Part shown: positions 12,668-24,472 of the stretch, one piece after another | How the letters are laid out: the number at the start of each line of letters is the position of its first letter | Numbering within the stretch: position 1 is the stretch's first letter | NCBI RefSeq assembly: GCF_018350175.1 | Contig: NC_058372.1 | Span: 140,306,001-140,370,000 of the forward strand | Source: Felis catus | Taxonomy: Eukaryota | Direction: 5' to 3' | DNA length: 64,000 bases | Program-made: the position numbers and the translations under genes | The notes under the pieces: generated by a model | Databases searched by the model: none | Seen by the model: the letters and a program-made list of their open reading frames with translations, nothing else | What the model was told of the DNA's origin: nothing

Positions 12668-13240
12668 GACTTCTGGTTTCTGGTCCAGCATCTAAGGAGC
12701 CTGGAAGTTGTCACTCTTGATAACAAGTCAAAGAAGTGGGGTCACAGGGCAAACCACTGCTTCAAAAACTGGAAAGACAGACAGGAGGATACAGAGAATC
12801 ACAATTACCAGAGCAGAAACCTTCACAGGAACGAGTCCCGGAGTAGGGAAACTTGAACTACAGTTGAAAAATTGCTGGAGGTTCGGTGTGGACAAGTCAG
12901 AGAGAGAAAAACTCCAGGGGGACTCAGTCAGAGGGGCGCCCCGCACTTTTGTGAGTTTTACCTCCAGGAGATGGACCAGGTTCTTACGGTGACTATCAGA
13001 GAAAAAAAAAAAAAACAAACCTGTGCTTCTGGCATGGGAGAAGGGGAAGGACTGATTTAGAAACATGCCAGAGCATTGTGTTCTTAACAAGAAGTTTTCT
13101 CTCTTTCTCTGTCCTCAAGAGAAACTATTTAAGGTGCCTAAAATAGTGGAGTTTTATCAGAGCCTAACTGACCTGGGAGAAGGGAAATACCCAACTCCAG
13201 CCCACTTGAGGCATCACGTCCCATCTAAGGACATGGGGAC
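12668..13240 (+). mobile_element. L1MC-type LINE-1 5' UTR (L1MCa-like)
   Basis: Starts GACTTCTGGTTTC; contains GGTCACAGGGCAAACCACTGC and TTTTATCAGAGCCTAACTGACCTGGGAGAAGGGAAATACCCAACTCCAGCCC. Confidence 0.7.
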
Positions 13241-13242
13241 AC

Positions 13243-15191
13243 TGGATATCAACACACTGCTTCTAGTGTTTATATGGAAAGGCAAAAGATCCGAAATAGA
13301 CAACACAATATTGAAGGAGAAGAACAGAGTTGGAGGACTGACAAGACCTGACTTCAGACTCACTACATTAAAGCTACGGGTGATCAAGACAGGGTGGTAT
13401 TGGTGAAAGAATAGACAAATGGATTAATGGAACGGAAGAGAAAGCCCAGAAATAGACCCATATAAAGGGAGTCCACTGATGTTTGACAAAGGAGGANNNN
13501 NNNNNNNNNNNNNNNNNNNNNNNNNNNNNNNNNNNNNNNNNNNNNNNNNNNNNNNNNNNNNNNNNNNNNNNNNNNNNNNNNNNNNNNNNNNNNNNNNNNN
13601 NNNNNNNNNNNNNNNNNNNNNNNNCTCACAAAAATTAACTCAAAAGGAAACTCCTATAACATAGGAAAAAAGCGTAAGTGACTTCGGCTTTTAGGACAAG
13701 GACTTTTATTTATTTATTTATTTATTTTTTTTTTCAACGTTTATTTATTTTTGGGACAGAGAGAGACAGAGCATGAACGGGGGAGGGGCAGAGAGAGAGG
13801 GAGACACAGAATCGGAAACAGGCTCCAGGCTCTGAGCCATCAGCCCAGAGCCTGACGCGGGGCTCGAACTCACGGACCGCGAGATCGTGACCTGGCTGAA
13901 GTCGGACGCTTAACCGACTGCGCCACCCAGGCGCCCCTGACAAGGACTTTTTAAATATAACACCGAAGATGGGATCTATGAAAGAAATAATTGATAAACT
14001 AAGCTTCATAAAATAAACACTTCTGNNNNNNNNNNNNNNNNNNNNNNNNNNNNNNNNNNNNNNNNNNNNNNNNNNNNNNNNNNNNNNNNNNNNNNNNNNN
14101 NNNNNNNNNNNNNNNNNNNNNNNNNNNNNNNNNNNNNNNNNNNNNNNNNNNNNNAAAACGAACAACTCAGTTCAAGAATGGTCAAAGGACCTGAAAAGAT
14201 ACTCACCAAAGAAGATAAACAGATGGCAATGAAGCGTATGAAAAACTGCTTAAAATATGTCATTGGGAAAATGCAGATTAAAACCACAACGAGATACCAC
14301 CGTATACCCATTGGAGTGACAAAATCCTAACACCACGAAATGCTGGCGAGGGTACCGAGCAAGTAGAACTCTGGGTCATTGCTGATGGGAATGTCAAATG
14401 GTACAGCCACTTTAGAAGACAGTTTGGCAGTTTTTTTACAAATCTATAATATATTCTTGGTAAATATATACATGGCAAATATACTCTTACCATACAATCC
14501 AGCAATCACACTCCTCAATATTTACCCACATGAGTTGAACACTTACGTCCACACAAAACCTGAAAGTGAATACTTATAGTAGCTTTATGAGTAGTTTCTA
14601 AAGCTTGGAAGTANNNNNNNNNNNNNNNNNNNNNNNNNNNNNNNNNNNNNNNNNNNNNNNNNNNNNNNNNNNNNNNNNNNNNNNNNNNNNNNNNNNNNNN
14701 NNNNNNNNNNNNNNNNNNNNNNNNNNNNNNNNNNNNNNNNNNNNNNNNNNNNNNNNNNNNNNNNNNNNNNACGATTCCAATTATGTGACCTTCTGGAAAA
14801 GACAAAACTATGCAGACAGTAAACAGCTAAGTGGTTGCCAGGGGCTGAGGGGAGCTGGGGGGAAAGATAAACAGGCAAGACACGGAGAATTTTTAGGGAA
14901 GTAAAAACACTGAACGTCCTACTAGAACAATGGATACATTTCATTACACCTTTGTCATCACCTATAGAGTATATAACACCAAGGATGAACCGGAAGGCAA
15001 GCTATAGACTTTGGACGATAATGATGTGTCAACGTAGGTTCATCAATGGTAACAAATGTACCACTTGATAAACAGCTATTGATAGTGGAGGAGGCTGCCT
15101 GTATGTGGGGACAGGGAGTGTGGGAAGTCTCTGATCCGCTCAATTTTGTGACGAACCTAGAACACCTCCAAAAATAGTCTATTTTTTAAAA
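13243..15191 (+). mobile_element. L1MC1/2-like ORF2 3' part plus 3' UTR (dead)
   Basis: Translates to L1 ORF2-like FIWKGKR..ILKEKNRVGGLTRPDF then frameshifts; 3' UTR GATAATGATGTGTCAACGTAGGTTCATCAATGGTAACAAATGTACCAC. Interrupted by one SINE and three N-blocks. Confidence 0.9.
13708..13937 (-). mobile_element. Young cat Can-SINE (SINEC_Fc)
   Basis: CpG-intact, consensus-like GGGGCGCCTGGGTGGCGCAGTCGGTTAAGCGTCCGACTTCAGCCAGGTCACG. Perfect TSD GACAAGGACTTTT at 13695-13707 / 13939-13951. Confidence 0.97.
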
Positions 15192-15306
15192 GTCTTGTTC
15201 TGACAAACGCATTGCTTTCTTAAAAATAAGTAAATAAAAAGCCCATAGTGAGCCCTTTGCCCCTTTCTCTCTTCCACCGTGATTTAATAAATGCTTATTA
15301 AGTATG

Positions 15307-15706
15307 TGATATTAGTTTCCTGGAGCCACCTTAACTAAGTACCACGAGTTGGGGGGTGTAAACAACACATATTTATTGTCTCAGTTCTGGAGGCTAGAAA
15401 GCCACCATCAGAGTATAGGTAAGAGTTGATTCCTTCTGAGGGCTCTGAGACTCTGTTCCACGCCTCCCACCTAGCTTCTGGAGTTCCTGATCTCTGTTTT
15501 GTGTTCACGTGGCTTTTGCCGTATGTATGTATCTCTGCCTCCAAATTTCCCCTTGCTGTAAGGACACGAGTCATATTGGTTTAGGGGCCCATACTACCTA
15601 CTCATCTGCAATGCCCCTATTTCCAAATACAGTCACATTCCGAGGTACTCGTCATGAGGACTTTAACATCGGGATCTGGGGGAGCCACAGTTCGGCCCAC
15701 GGTACA
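15307..15706 (-). mobile_element. MaLR solo LTR, MLT1B/C-like
   Basis: ATTAGTTTCC...CAGTTCTGGAGGCTAGAA...CCCTATTTCCAAATACAGTCACATTCCGAGGTAC. Confidence 0.85.
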
Positions 15707-17221
15707 TGTCCCTGTACACAGCACCGTGTCAGGGTCTGTCGGGGATCCCAAATAGGATTAGGCTTCCTGCCCCGGAGAATGCGGCATGACGGACACACGA
15801 ACATTAGCAATTGCACAGGTATCACAGCAAAGGCCGGGATTCAGGGCAAAACGAAAAGTTTTGCGGCTGCTCCTGCTGCTGCCGGTGGCGGTATGACTTT
15901 AAAGGAAGGCATTAGGGACCGCTTACAGGTTGGGCTGGACCACTTATGGGTGGGGAGCTGAAGGGAAAGTCTCATAGAAGCAGCCAGGATTCAGGATTAA
16001 GCAGGGAAAGTTCTGATGTCAGGAAGAGGGAAAAGGGTGAGAAGATTTCCGCTACAGCTCTTGGTAGGGCCCGTCCCTCCAGAGACCGCGGGGAGCTGGA
16101 TATCAGGCACAGTCGGGGGGCTTCTCCGGGGCAGCAGTGAGCAGGTGACAAAGTCAGAAAGCCAGGGGGAGGGGGAGCCCAAACTGCAAAGAAGCTGGAA
16201 TGAGTGTGGGCTCTGGGGGCAGCAGGACCACTGAGGTTTGGGAAGTGATTTGAGAAAGGTGTTCCTGGCAGAAGTGTGGGCTTCCCAGGAGAGGAAAGTC
16301 ATTCACTCCATAAACAGATCTGGAGCACACAGTCTCGGCACGAGAGAGGAGCTAACAGAGAACAAGCATCCTTCCTGAAGCAAAAGATCACATGCGAGGA
16401 AAACGCCCATTTGCACGGAGGTAAGGCTGGTACCTGCCTGAGGTTGTTCTGTCAGCACGCTGGTCAGCGGGCCCGCTTTGATCCGGTTGTGTTTTTGTTT
16501 CCCTGAGTGCCACGTGCTGGAGTTTTCTGCGTGAAGAACGCTTGCAACCCTTGCACCTCCTCACTTCTCAGCCCATTGCACCTGTCACACTCAGCGGGCC
16601 ACAAAGGCAGCGCTAATAGACCCAAACTCACGCTCCAGAGAGGGACCGGGTGGCAGGAAACGGCAGCTCTGTGTGAATCATGACCGCGTCCCCACTCATC
16701 AGAGAGGCAGGCTCTCGGGCAGGAAAACCAAATGTAATTAAGTAAAACTGTATTACTCAAATTCGCAATTACATAAATCAGTGATCTTTCCCTCAATACG
16801 ATACCGTCCGCTGTAGAACACCTAGATTTATAGGTGTTCGGATTGATTGANNNNNNNNNNNNNNNNNNNNNNNNNNNNNNNNNNNNNNNNNNNNNNNNNN
16901 NNNNNNNNNNNNNNNNNNNNNNNNNNNNNNNNNNNNNNNNNNNNNNNNNNNNNNNNNNNNNNNNNNNNNNNNNNNNNNNNNNNNNNNNNNNNNNNNNNNN
17001 NNNNNNNNNNNNNNNNNNAATAATTCTCTACTGGGCAATCTATCAGAGGCTGTTTGTTTCTTTCTCCATCTTTTTTTAAAGTTGGCTTAGTATGTTTAAA
17101 CAAAAAAAAAAAGACAAATAAAAGGATAAACCTTGAAAGCTCATCTCTAATAGCACGCTTGGTAAAAAAAAAAAAAAAAAAATTAGCTGAGAACCTTTTT
17201 CAGAAATATAATATTCTTTCT

Positions 17222-17254
17222 TTTTTTATTTTTTGAAACGTTTATTTATTTATT

Positions 17255-17290
<36 letters not shown>

Positions 17291-17458
17291 CACAAGTGGG
17301 AGAGGGGCAGACAGAGAGGGAGAGAGAGAGAATCCCAAGCAGACTCTGCACTCTCAACACAGAGCCCAATGTGGGGCTCGAACTCATGAACGATGAGAGC
17401 CTGACCTGAGCCGAAATCAGGAGTTGGACACTTAACCAATGAGCCACCCAGATGCCCC
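17222..17458 (-). mobile_element. Can-SINE
   Basis: (GA)n, GGGGCTCGAACTC, antisense head ...GAGCCACCCAGATGCCCC. Confidence 0.95.
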
Positions 17459-17511
17459 ACTTTTTTGTTTTTAAATGAAAACATGTCTGCACAAAGATTG
17501 GCACATGAATA

Positions 17512-17724
17512 TTTTTTGTTTGTTTTTAAGGTTTATTTTTGAGAGAGAGAGAAATTGCAACAGCAGGGGAGGGGCACAGAGAGAAGGAGAGAGAGAATCC
17601 CAGGCCAGTTCCATACTGCCAACATGGAGTCTGACACGGGGCTCGAACCCACGAACCACAAGATCATGACCTGAGCCGAAATCGAGAGTTGGGCACTTAC
17701 CCGACTGAGACACCCAGACACCCC
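17512..17724 (-). mobile_element. Can-SINE
   Basis: GGGGCTCGAACCCACG, ATCATGACCTGAGCCGAAATC, antisense head. Confidence 0.93.
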
Positions 17725-18121
17725 CTTTCTTGAATAATTGTAGCTCATCATCTGGGTTCTTGACTCAACACACAGAGAAATTTTCACCTTCACCTTTTCT
17801 TATTTTGCATTAGCTATGGTTGTATATGTGAATATTGTGTTTGCGGAGTGCTACAAACTATCCGTGAACTTAATCACCCTTTCGTTTCCTCTTGACATTT
17901 TTGGAGATTTTGGGTTAATAGAGATCTTCATCGGTGCAGAGTTTAACTATGTTAAAAAATAAAACGCATCACCTTTGTTTCGGTGTACTTATCAAAGCAA
18001 TATGAGAGCGCTACAGAAAAGTTACACAATAGAAAACCTCCTATTGATTTCTACCCTCTAACACGCTTAATGCGATTTAAAAAACTTCTTTCCAGGATTT
18101 CCCCACATGTAAACACTTTAT

Positions 18122-18884
18122 TGTAATTATGGTAGTTATAAAATTTGGCATCAGCTTTTTTTCCAAGTCATGAGAGATTGAGCGGCAGTGTTCATTCTCC
18201 CTAATGCTTGGCCAAAGTCAAACGGAGAGAATGGAAGCCTTGGCCTTCGAGCGTGAAGCATGGTGGCTTCAGCATCTCCTTGGGAAGAAAGCTGCCTGGT
18301 CAGACCAAGAGGAGCGCAGCGGAATGGAAAATCAACCCTGAAAGAGCAGCATGGGACCAGACTGGGGAATGGGGGGAAAGAACAGAGAGGGGGTGTATGC
18401 TGGTCGCAATAAGACACGCGAAGCCGCTGTTACAGGCCAAGAGGGTGCGCTGAAGAAGCCCAGCTGCGGAAAGCCCAGAGAAGTCACTGAATAAGGGGAG
18501 CTGGACGAGAGAGTGGCCATGCAGAACCACGCCAGGCACGACGTGTCCACCCCTTGGGCTGAGGTCACAGACATGGGGATGCTGAAGAAATGTGGCTCCG
18601 ATACGTTGGAAGTTATGAAGTGACAAGACTGGCCAAAAGACTTCTTTTAAAGGCTGAAGAAAAATGCGACCCAAGGTCGCACGTGCCCTCCCTCTTCACC
18701 ACAGGAACCCTGCTCCTGCCCATTTTCCCTATGAACCCCCTCTACACCCCTTCCCCCAGAAAGGATAAGCCTCTAATCATCACACTGCTAGAGTCGCCGG
18801 AGGTATTGATTTGAACGGGCCACATGCGCTGGTGGGTGGGGTTGCTGTGCCTCTGAAGGAGGCAGTGTTCTTTCTAAAACTTCA
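18122..18884 (+). mobile_element. Possible ancient LTR, family unresolved
   Basis: Purine-rich ~760-bp block starting TGTAA and ending TTCA. No TSD seen. Confidence 0.3.
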
Positions 18885-19319
18885 CTCTTCTTAAGCTCTG
18901 CCCCCTGCCCCGGCCCCTTCCAGGGCCCATCTGGCTGGGGGCAAAAGTGGACTTGGGCCCTCCAGGGCCTCAGCCTCTCTGTCTTTGTCCCACTGTGGGC
19001 ACACGGGAGTGTCTGGTCCCCAGGACTAGACCCCGAGGAGTGGGAACCAGGGAAGGGCAGAGCAGGGAGAGTAAGAGAGAGGAAGACCCCACTTAACCTC
19101 CAGCCTGAGGACCCACCAGACTGTATTAGAGGGGCCAGGAGCTTGTCCTGCTAATACTGCTGAACTTCACTTCCCATCCAGGTATTATCCCATATCTGTA
19201 TCTCTACCTTAGGAACCCCAAAGGGCAGAGGAGGGACGGTTAGACAGACCTGGGTGTCCAGTAGTGATTCAGCCATGACACCCAATGCGCCATGACATCC
19301 ATCTGGTCTCCTATCAGCT

Positions 19320-19730
19320 TCTAGCTGCTGAATCTGAGCAGCCCACAGATGGTCTCCTTGTTACGTAACACATCTTTAAAAACAGAGTCAATATTTAAAA
19401 TTAGGAGCTTCCACACAAAATTTTGGATTTCCACCTCCTTTTTTAAAAATTGTGCCGTCTAGACATACTGGACCCTGATTCACAGGTGGCAATATTTGGT
19501 TGGGGCAGAGCAGGTCTGGGGGCTGTTTCCCCCTCAAGGGGTCCCACCTCCAACCTCTCCTGCTACCAAGACCGGAGAGAGTTGCCTTTTATTTTCACGT
19601 TCTGGCCAATGATTTTCTTATGGAAGCTAAGATATGGATGTATTTCTGGTACCGGTATCTCTAGAAAAAGTGAAAAATATGAAAGATTGACTAAGAGAGC
19701 CTATGTTTCAAGAAAAATAAAGATATGATA
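19320..19730. mobile_element. hAT-Charlie fossil (MER102/Charlie4-like)
   Basis: TTCCACACAAAATTTTGGATTTCC...ACATACTGGACCCTGATTC and ATCTCTAGAAAAAGTGAAAAATATGAAAGATTGAC...TGTTTCAAGAAAAAT. Confidence 0.6.
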
Positions 19731-20314
19731 AAAAATGTGATGTGTTTTAATACAATAAAAAAAACACCCTTCCCTCATTTAATTTTCTCCCTTGTTTATT
19801 GAGGCATTAGGATGAGGTGATACCACTTTTAATATAATATGAACAAGTGATTTTTTTAATAGAAATTAAAACAGTTTGCGTTGTTCATGTCTGCACAATA
19901 AGATGACTCCAAAAAAAAGGTTGGGCCAANNNNNNNNNNNNNNNNNNNNNNNNNNNNNNNNNNNNNNNNNNNNNNNNNNNNNNNNNNNNNNNNNNNNNNN
20001 NNNNNNNNNNNNNNNNNNNNNNNNNNNNNNNNNNNNNNNNNNNNNNNNNNNNNNNNNNNNNNNNNNNNNNNNNNNNNNNNNNNNNNNNNNNNNNNNNNNN
20101 NNNNNNNNNNNNNNNNNNNNNNNNNNNNNNNNNNNNNNNNNNNNNNNNNNNNNNNNNNNNNNNNNNNNNNNNNNNNNNNNNNNNNNNNNNNNNNNNNNNN
20201 NNNNNNNNNNNNNNNNNNGAGCACTATTTTACTCACGGCTCCTTCTAGAAGCTCTTATATATAAATATCATCTAAACTTTTGAGGTACTGCCCCCTATAC
20301 TAGTAAAAGAATAG

Positions 20315-20408
20315 ACCAATCACAAAATCAAACAGCAGCAAGCTAGGATTTAAGCCCAGGTCTACTTGGGCCCAAGCCCAAACTCTTTCCCGCATGACAC
20401 TGCCCTGC
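20315..20408 (-). mobile_element. MIR fragment
   Basis: AAGCTAGGATTTAAGCCCAGGTCT...AAGCCCAAACTCTTTCC. Confidence 0.55.
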
Positions 20409-20643
20409 TTTAATGTGCAGGGCAGAGCCACGACTGGAAAAGCAGCATCACAATATTTCTGTCCATTGTTTCAAAGCTTTATATTTTGTTGTACAAAACC
20501 AAGATGTGGGTCAAAACCTGAATATTGTAGAACATTCTTACTAGTATACTAGTATACTTTGCCAACCACATGGCAAGTAGTAAAAAGGTATGTTACCAAT
20601 GCCTATTTTCAATGGGGTATTAGGATCCTAAATCCTGACTAGC

Positions 20644-20945
20644 CCAGGCATCTTCAAACTGTGTTCCTTGGAACCCTAAACATTCCTCCGAGGAATTTCA
20701 GGGTCATTCACCCTCATCCTGCAGCCAGAGCTGCCCCCGCCCCCCATTACCTATGGAGTGCTCATGCGTCCTAGGAAACGGAAGTAAGAAAACCTTTGAC
20801 AGCTACAATAAGTTTGCAAAACACCGCGCTGGTCCAATCTCTTTCTTTTTCAAAGAGAAAGAACATGAGATTTTAGAGATGTGAATTGACTTCCCTCAAA
20901 TCACACACAGCTAATTAGAGGCAGCATCAGATCTAAAAGTCTAGG
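20644..20945. mobile_element. hAT-Charlie MITE relic followed by antisense MIR core
   Basis: CATCTTCAAACTGTGTTCCTTGGAACCC...AAGTTTGCAAAACACCG, then GTGAATTGACTTCCCTCAAATCACACACAGCTAATTAG. Confidence 0.5.
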
Positions 20946-22879
20946 AGGGTGTTGTTGTGTTTAAGGCGAATGCTCTTGGGTCCGAGGTTATAACAGGAAC
21001 CCTTAGAAGTGCAAAGTGCTGGTGACATTGCTATTCCGCACTGCGCCATTCCATGCAGTTTTGCTGGTTAAACGCCTCTCTCCCCAGTGTTACGCTTGAT
21101 TACGTGTGTGGAGGCTCTGGAAGTTGAAAGATACAGCTCATTATTTTCCACGAATGTCAAGGTTCTTTTGCTGTGCTCAATTGTTTTTACTTTGACTCCT
21201 CTCTGAATTCTAAATAACGCTCATTCCTTTCTAAATATGCACTAGCCTTCACTGTCCATAAAATTTAGTGAGACTTACAGGAGAAGGGTGCTTTCCACTA
21301 AAAGTAGCATTCCATGAACAATTAGGTAGTAAAAAGTAACTTGGAATTTAACCAGACAGATGAGATAGATGGGTATAAATATCAATATGGAGAGAGAGAG
21401 AAATGGAACAAAATATCAATATAAATTAAAGAACAGGAAAATATCAAATGTGAGTGCAATTGGAATGAGATACTTCATGATGCTTACATGTTATTATTAC
21501 TTATCACCATAATGAGTACTATGCAAAATGTAATAGTAATTTTGATCAAAGTCAAACACGCCATTTAGTGATGCTAAACACGCATATAGCGGTGTCTTTT
21601 TGAGTTGGCGAAACAGCAATAATTTTCACAACTTTGAGGTTGGCTCAGAGCCACAGTATCACAAGGATTAATGGCTTCCAGTCTGGTGATTCAAAAGCCC
21701 AAAATGCTCATGATCCTACCGGAGACTTGCTTCACTGTTATTGCTTCCCGAGTTTCTAATGAAATTAAGTTTCTTCTTTCACTGAAGCATTTTATCAAAG
21801 CGCTTTCCACCTTTCACCTGGTGGTCCATCAGATAAACATACCCTCCAAAATAACCATATCGTATGACATAAATAAAGCCCGTGGCTCAGAATCTACCCT
21901 CACCAAGCTACTAGTTTTCAGCCATATTTCTAAACAACACCAGGCTGTTCTAAACAGGCTGTTCAACACCAGGTGTTCTAAACCACACCATCTCAACTAC
22001 AAGTTGATTCCATCAAATACCTGATTCCCCTGCCCTACCGAAGCAGCTGTTGAACTAAGATGGTCAGCTCCATCGTCCGTTGCGGCATCACAAGATTTCA
22101 GTTCTGTGCTTACGAAGGAATCTATACACGGAAAATAAAGTCCTGTCCTTAATCAACCTAAGGGAGAAAGGTTTCCATTACCTATTATATTACCTCGGTG
22201 TCTACAGCTGTAAAAAAATTTTAATTTTTAATTTTAATGATAAAAAATTGTAATCATACCCAAATTCCTAGAAATAATACTAGAAATATAAATAAATAGT
22301 ACATGACATGCCCTGTTGGCCTGCTGAGATATTTGTCACCTGGGCATGGCAGGGAAGGGGACTCTCCTTTGCCCTTTCTCCTGTTCCCCCCTTTGCCTGC
22401 TGACGAGCTGAAGGAGATCGTGTCCCCCAGCAGCAGTGACTGGATTGTGTATGGCTGGTAAGAACCAGGGCGGGCACAGAGTAGAAGGAGCCAAGGGGCT
22501 CCCTGATGGATAGTGGCCCCTGACATGGACTCTAACTTTCTGGCAAGTGATTCTCAGGACCTTGAGGGATGTGGGAAATGGAGGGAGGGAGTCAAAAGCA
22601 AATTAATAAGCAGGTGAAGATCATTTTCAAGACCATTCCAATCACCTCTCGTCCTTTAAGAACCTTCTCAACACCCCCAGGTGACTTCAGCTATGCACAG
22701 CCCCGGAATGAATACCCTAAGAGGGTCTGGGGCATCGTGCTATATCCCCAGATCTTTCCCTCCTTCCCACCCCATCTCACTGCCCCCTTGGTCCCATCAA
22801 AACTCCGCTGACAATAGGAATAACTTACAAGCACTTCCCACTTTCTGTTTTGCCTGAGGTTATACACTTGCTTTAGCTT

Positions 22880-23515
22880 ACCTCCTAGACTACAAGTCCT
22901 TTGAGGAGAGAAACCCTCCTATGCTCAGTGCCTCACACATATAAACACGTGTTGAAGAAATGAAGGAGGAAATGATCTCAGCTCCTGCCCCCAGGCAAGA
23001 AGGAAAATAACATCTGCTGAATAGCGACCATGCATCGGGCACTGGATATACTGTATTCTCCAACACTCCTTCATAACCTAACACCACCACTGGGTTCCTA
23101 CTGTTTCAAAGATGAAGAAATCAAGACTCACTGAGGCCAGGGGCTTTGCGCTGTTCCTTCCAACTGAATGCTTTAGTGACATTTCATGTCCAGGCTGGAT
23201 CCTCTTGTCATTCAAATTTGACACGAAGTCTGCCTTACAGAAAAGCCTTTCCTCACTACCCAATCTAAAAGCACCCTCTAGTCCCTATTCCGTCATCCTG
23301 ATTTATGTATCTCTTTTCATCCCATATATGGGAGTTACCTGATCTGAAATAACCTTGTTCATTTATTTGTCTCCCCTCAAGTAACCCCATGGGAACAGGC
23401 ACCTTACCCACTGGCTCATTGCTTTACAAGAGCTGTGTCTAAACATAGTAGGTGCTCACTAAAGGTTTATTAAATGAATTAGTGAGGGAGTGAGGGAGTG
23501 AATGAATGAGTGACA
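22880..23515. mobile_element. L2 / MIR / L2 relic cluster
   Basis: Antisense MIR core TTTCAAAGATGAAGAAATCAAGACTCA; L2 3' end CATAGTAGGTGCTCACTAAAGGTTTATTAAATGAA. Confidence 0.65.
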
Positions 23516-23594
23516 GAGGGAGGAAGAGAATAGGATGACTCAACCAGTAAGACCCAGGGAAGAATTTAAAACTGATGCTGTTTGATTCCAAGCC

Positions 23595-23750
23595 TGTGTT
23601 CCTTCTTGCTAATCATAAGAATCACTTGAAGTGTTTGCTTAATACAGATTCCCAGGCAGCTTCCCCTACGATTCTGATCCCATAGAACCCAAACTGCGTA
23701 TTTTATTAATATTAGTGATTCCTGCGTTCGTGCAAGTTTGGAGAACACAG
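23595..23750. mobile_element. MER5/MER117-like hAT MITE
   Basis: CATAAGAATCACTTGAAGTGTTTGCTTAATACAGATTCCCAGGC...GCAAGTTTGGAGAACACAG. Confidence 0.65.
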
Positions 23751-23771
23751 CAGCATATTACATGTTTTGTG

Positions 23772-24215
23772 ATACATCGGCTATCTCTTACTGGTTAACA
23801 TACTGCCCCCCAAACTTAGAGATTTAAAACACAATCATTTATGTAGCACATAATTCTGTGGGTCAGCAATTTGGGCTGGGTTCGGTTGGATAGTTCTGCC
23901 GATCTCAGCTGGGTTAGGATGTGGATCTGTGGTCAACTGGTGTGACTAAGTTAAGGAGGTGATGTAGGGGAACAAACCGCGGATTAACCATCCAAGCTGA
24001 TTCATGTGGTGGTACTCACGGTGTTCCAAAAGCAGTCAGAGAGAGCCAGTCCCAAACACAAGCGACTTTCAAGTCTCCGCTCGACATCATGCTTGCTATC
24101 ATCCCATTAGCCAAAGCAATTCATGTGGCCGTGCCAAGAATCATCCAACAGGAAAACTACTCCAGGGCTTGATACAGGGAGGCATGAAAGAATCACGGGG
24201 CTATTACTGCAACCT
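23772..24215 (-). mobile_element. MaLR solo LTR, MLT1H/I-like
   Basis: CCCCAAACTTAGAGATTTAAAACAC, AATTCTGTGGGTCAGCAATTTGGGCTGGG, CCCATTAGCCAAAGCAATTCATGTGGCC. Confidence 0.8.
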
Positions 24216-24472
24216 CCCTCTTGTGACCTTGCCCCTGGTGGTGGAATGGAGATGGGAACGGTGAGAAGTGGATGGATTTCTATTATACGAAGCAAGTGGA
24301 GCCGGCAGGACCAGGTAATTGATTAGCATCGAGGATGAGGGGAATGGAGAACCATTGGGTGATTTCTAGGTTTGGGGTCTGAGCAACTATGTAATGACAT
24401 TTGTTCACGAATAGACAGTAGGGGAAGCAATAAAATCTATCCTTTCCCACCTCTGTGTCCACAAGTGTGTAC

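Noticed and set aside
13065-13406. ORF with L1 ORF2-like peptide
   Set aside because: A frameshifted fragment of a dead L1MC read across a deletion junction; not a gene.
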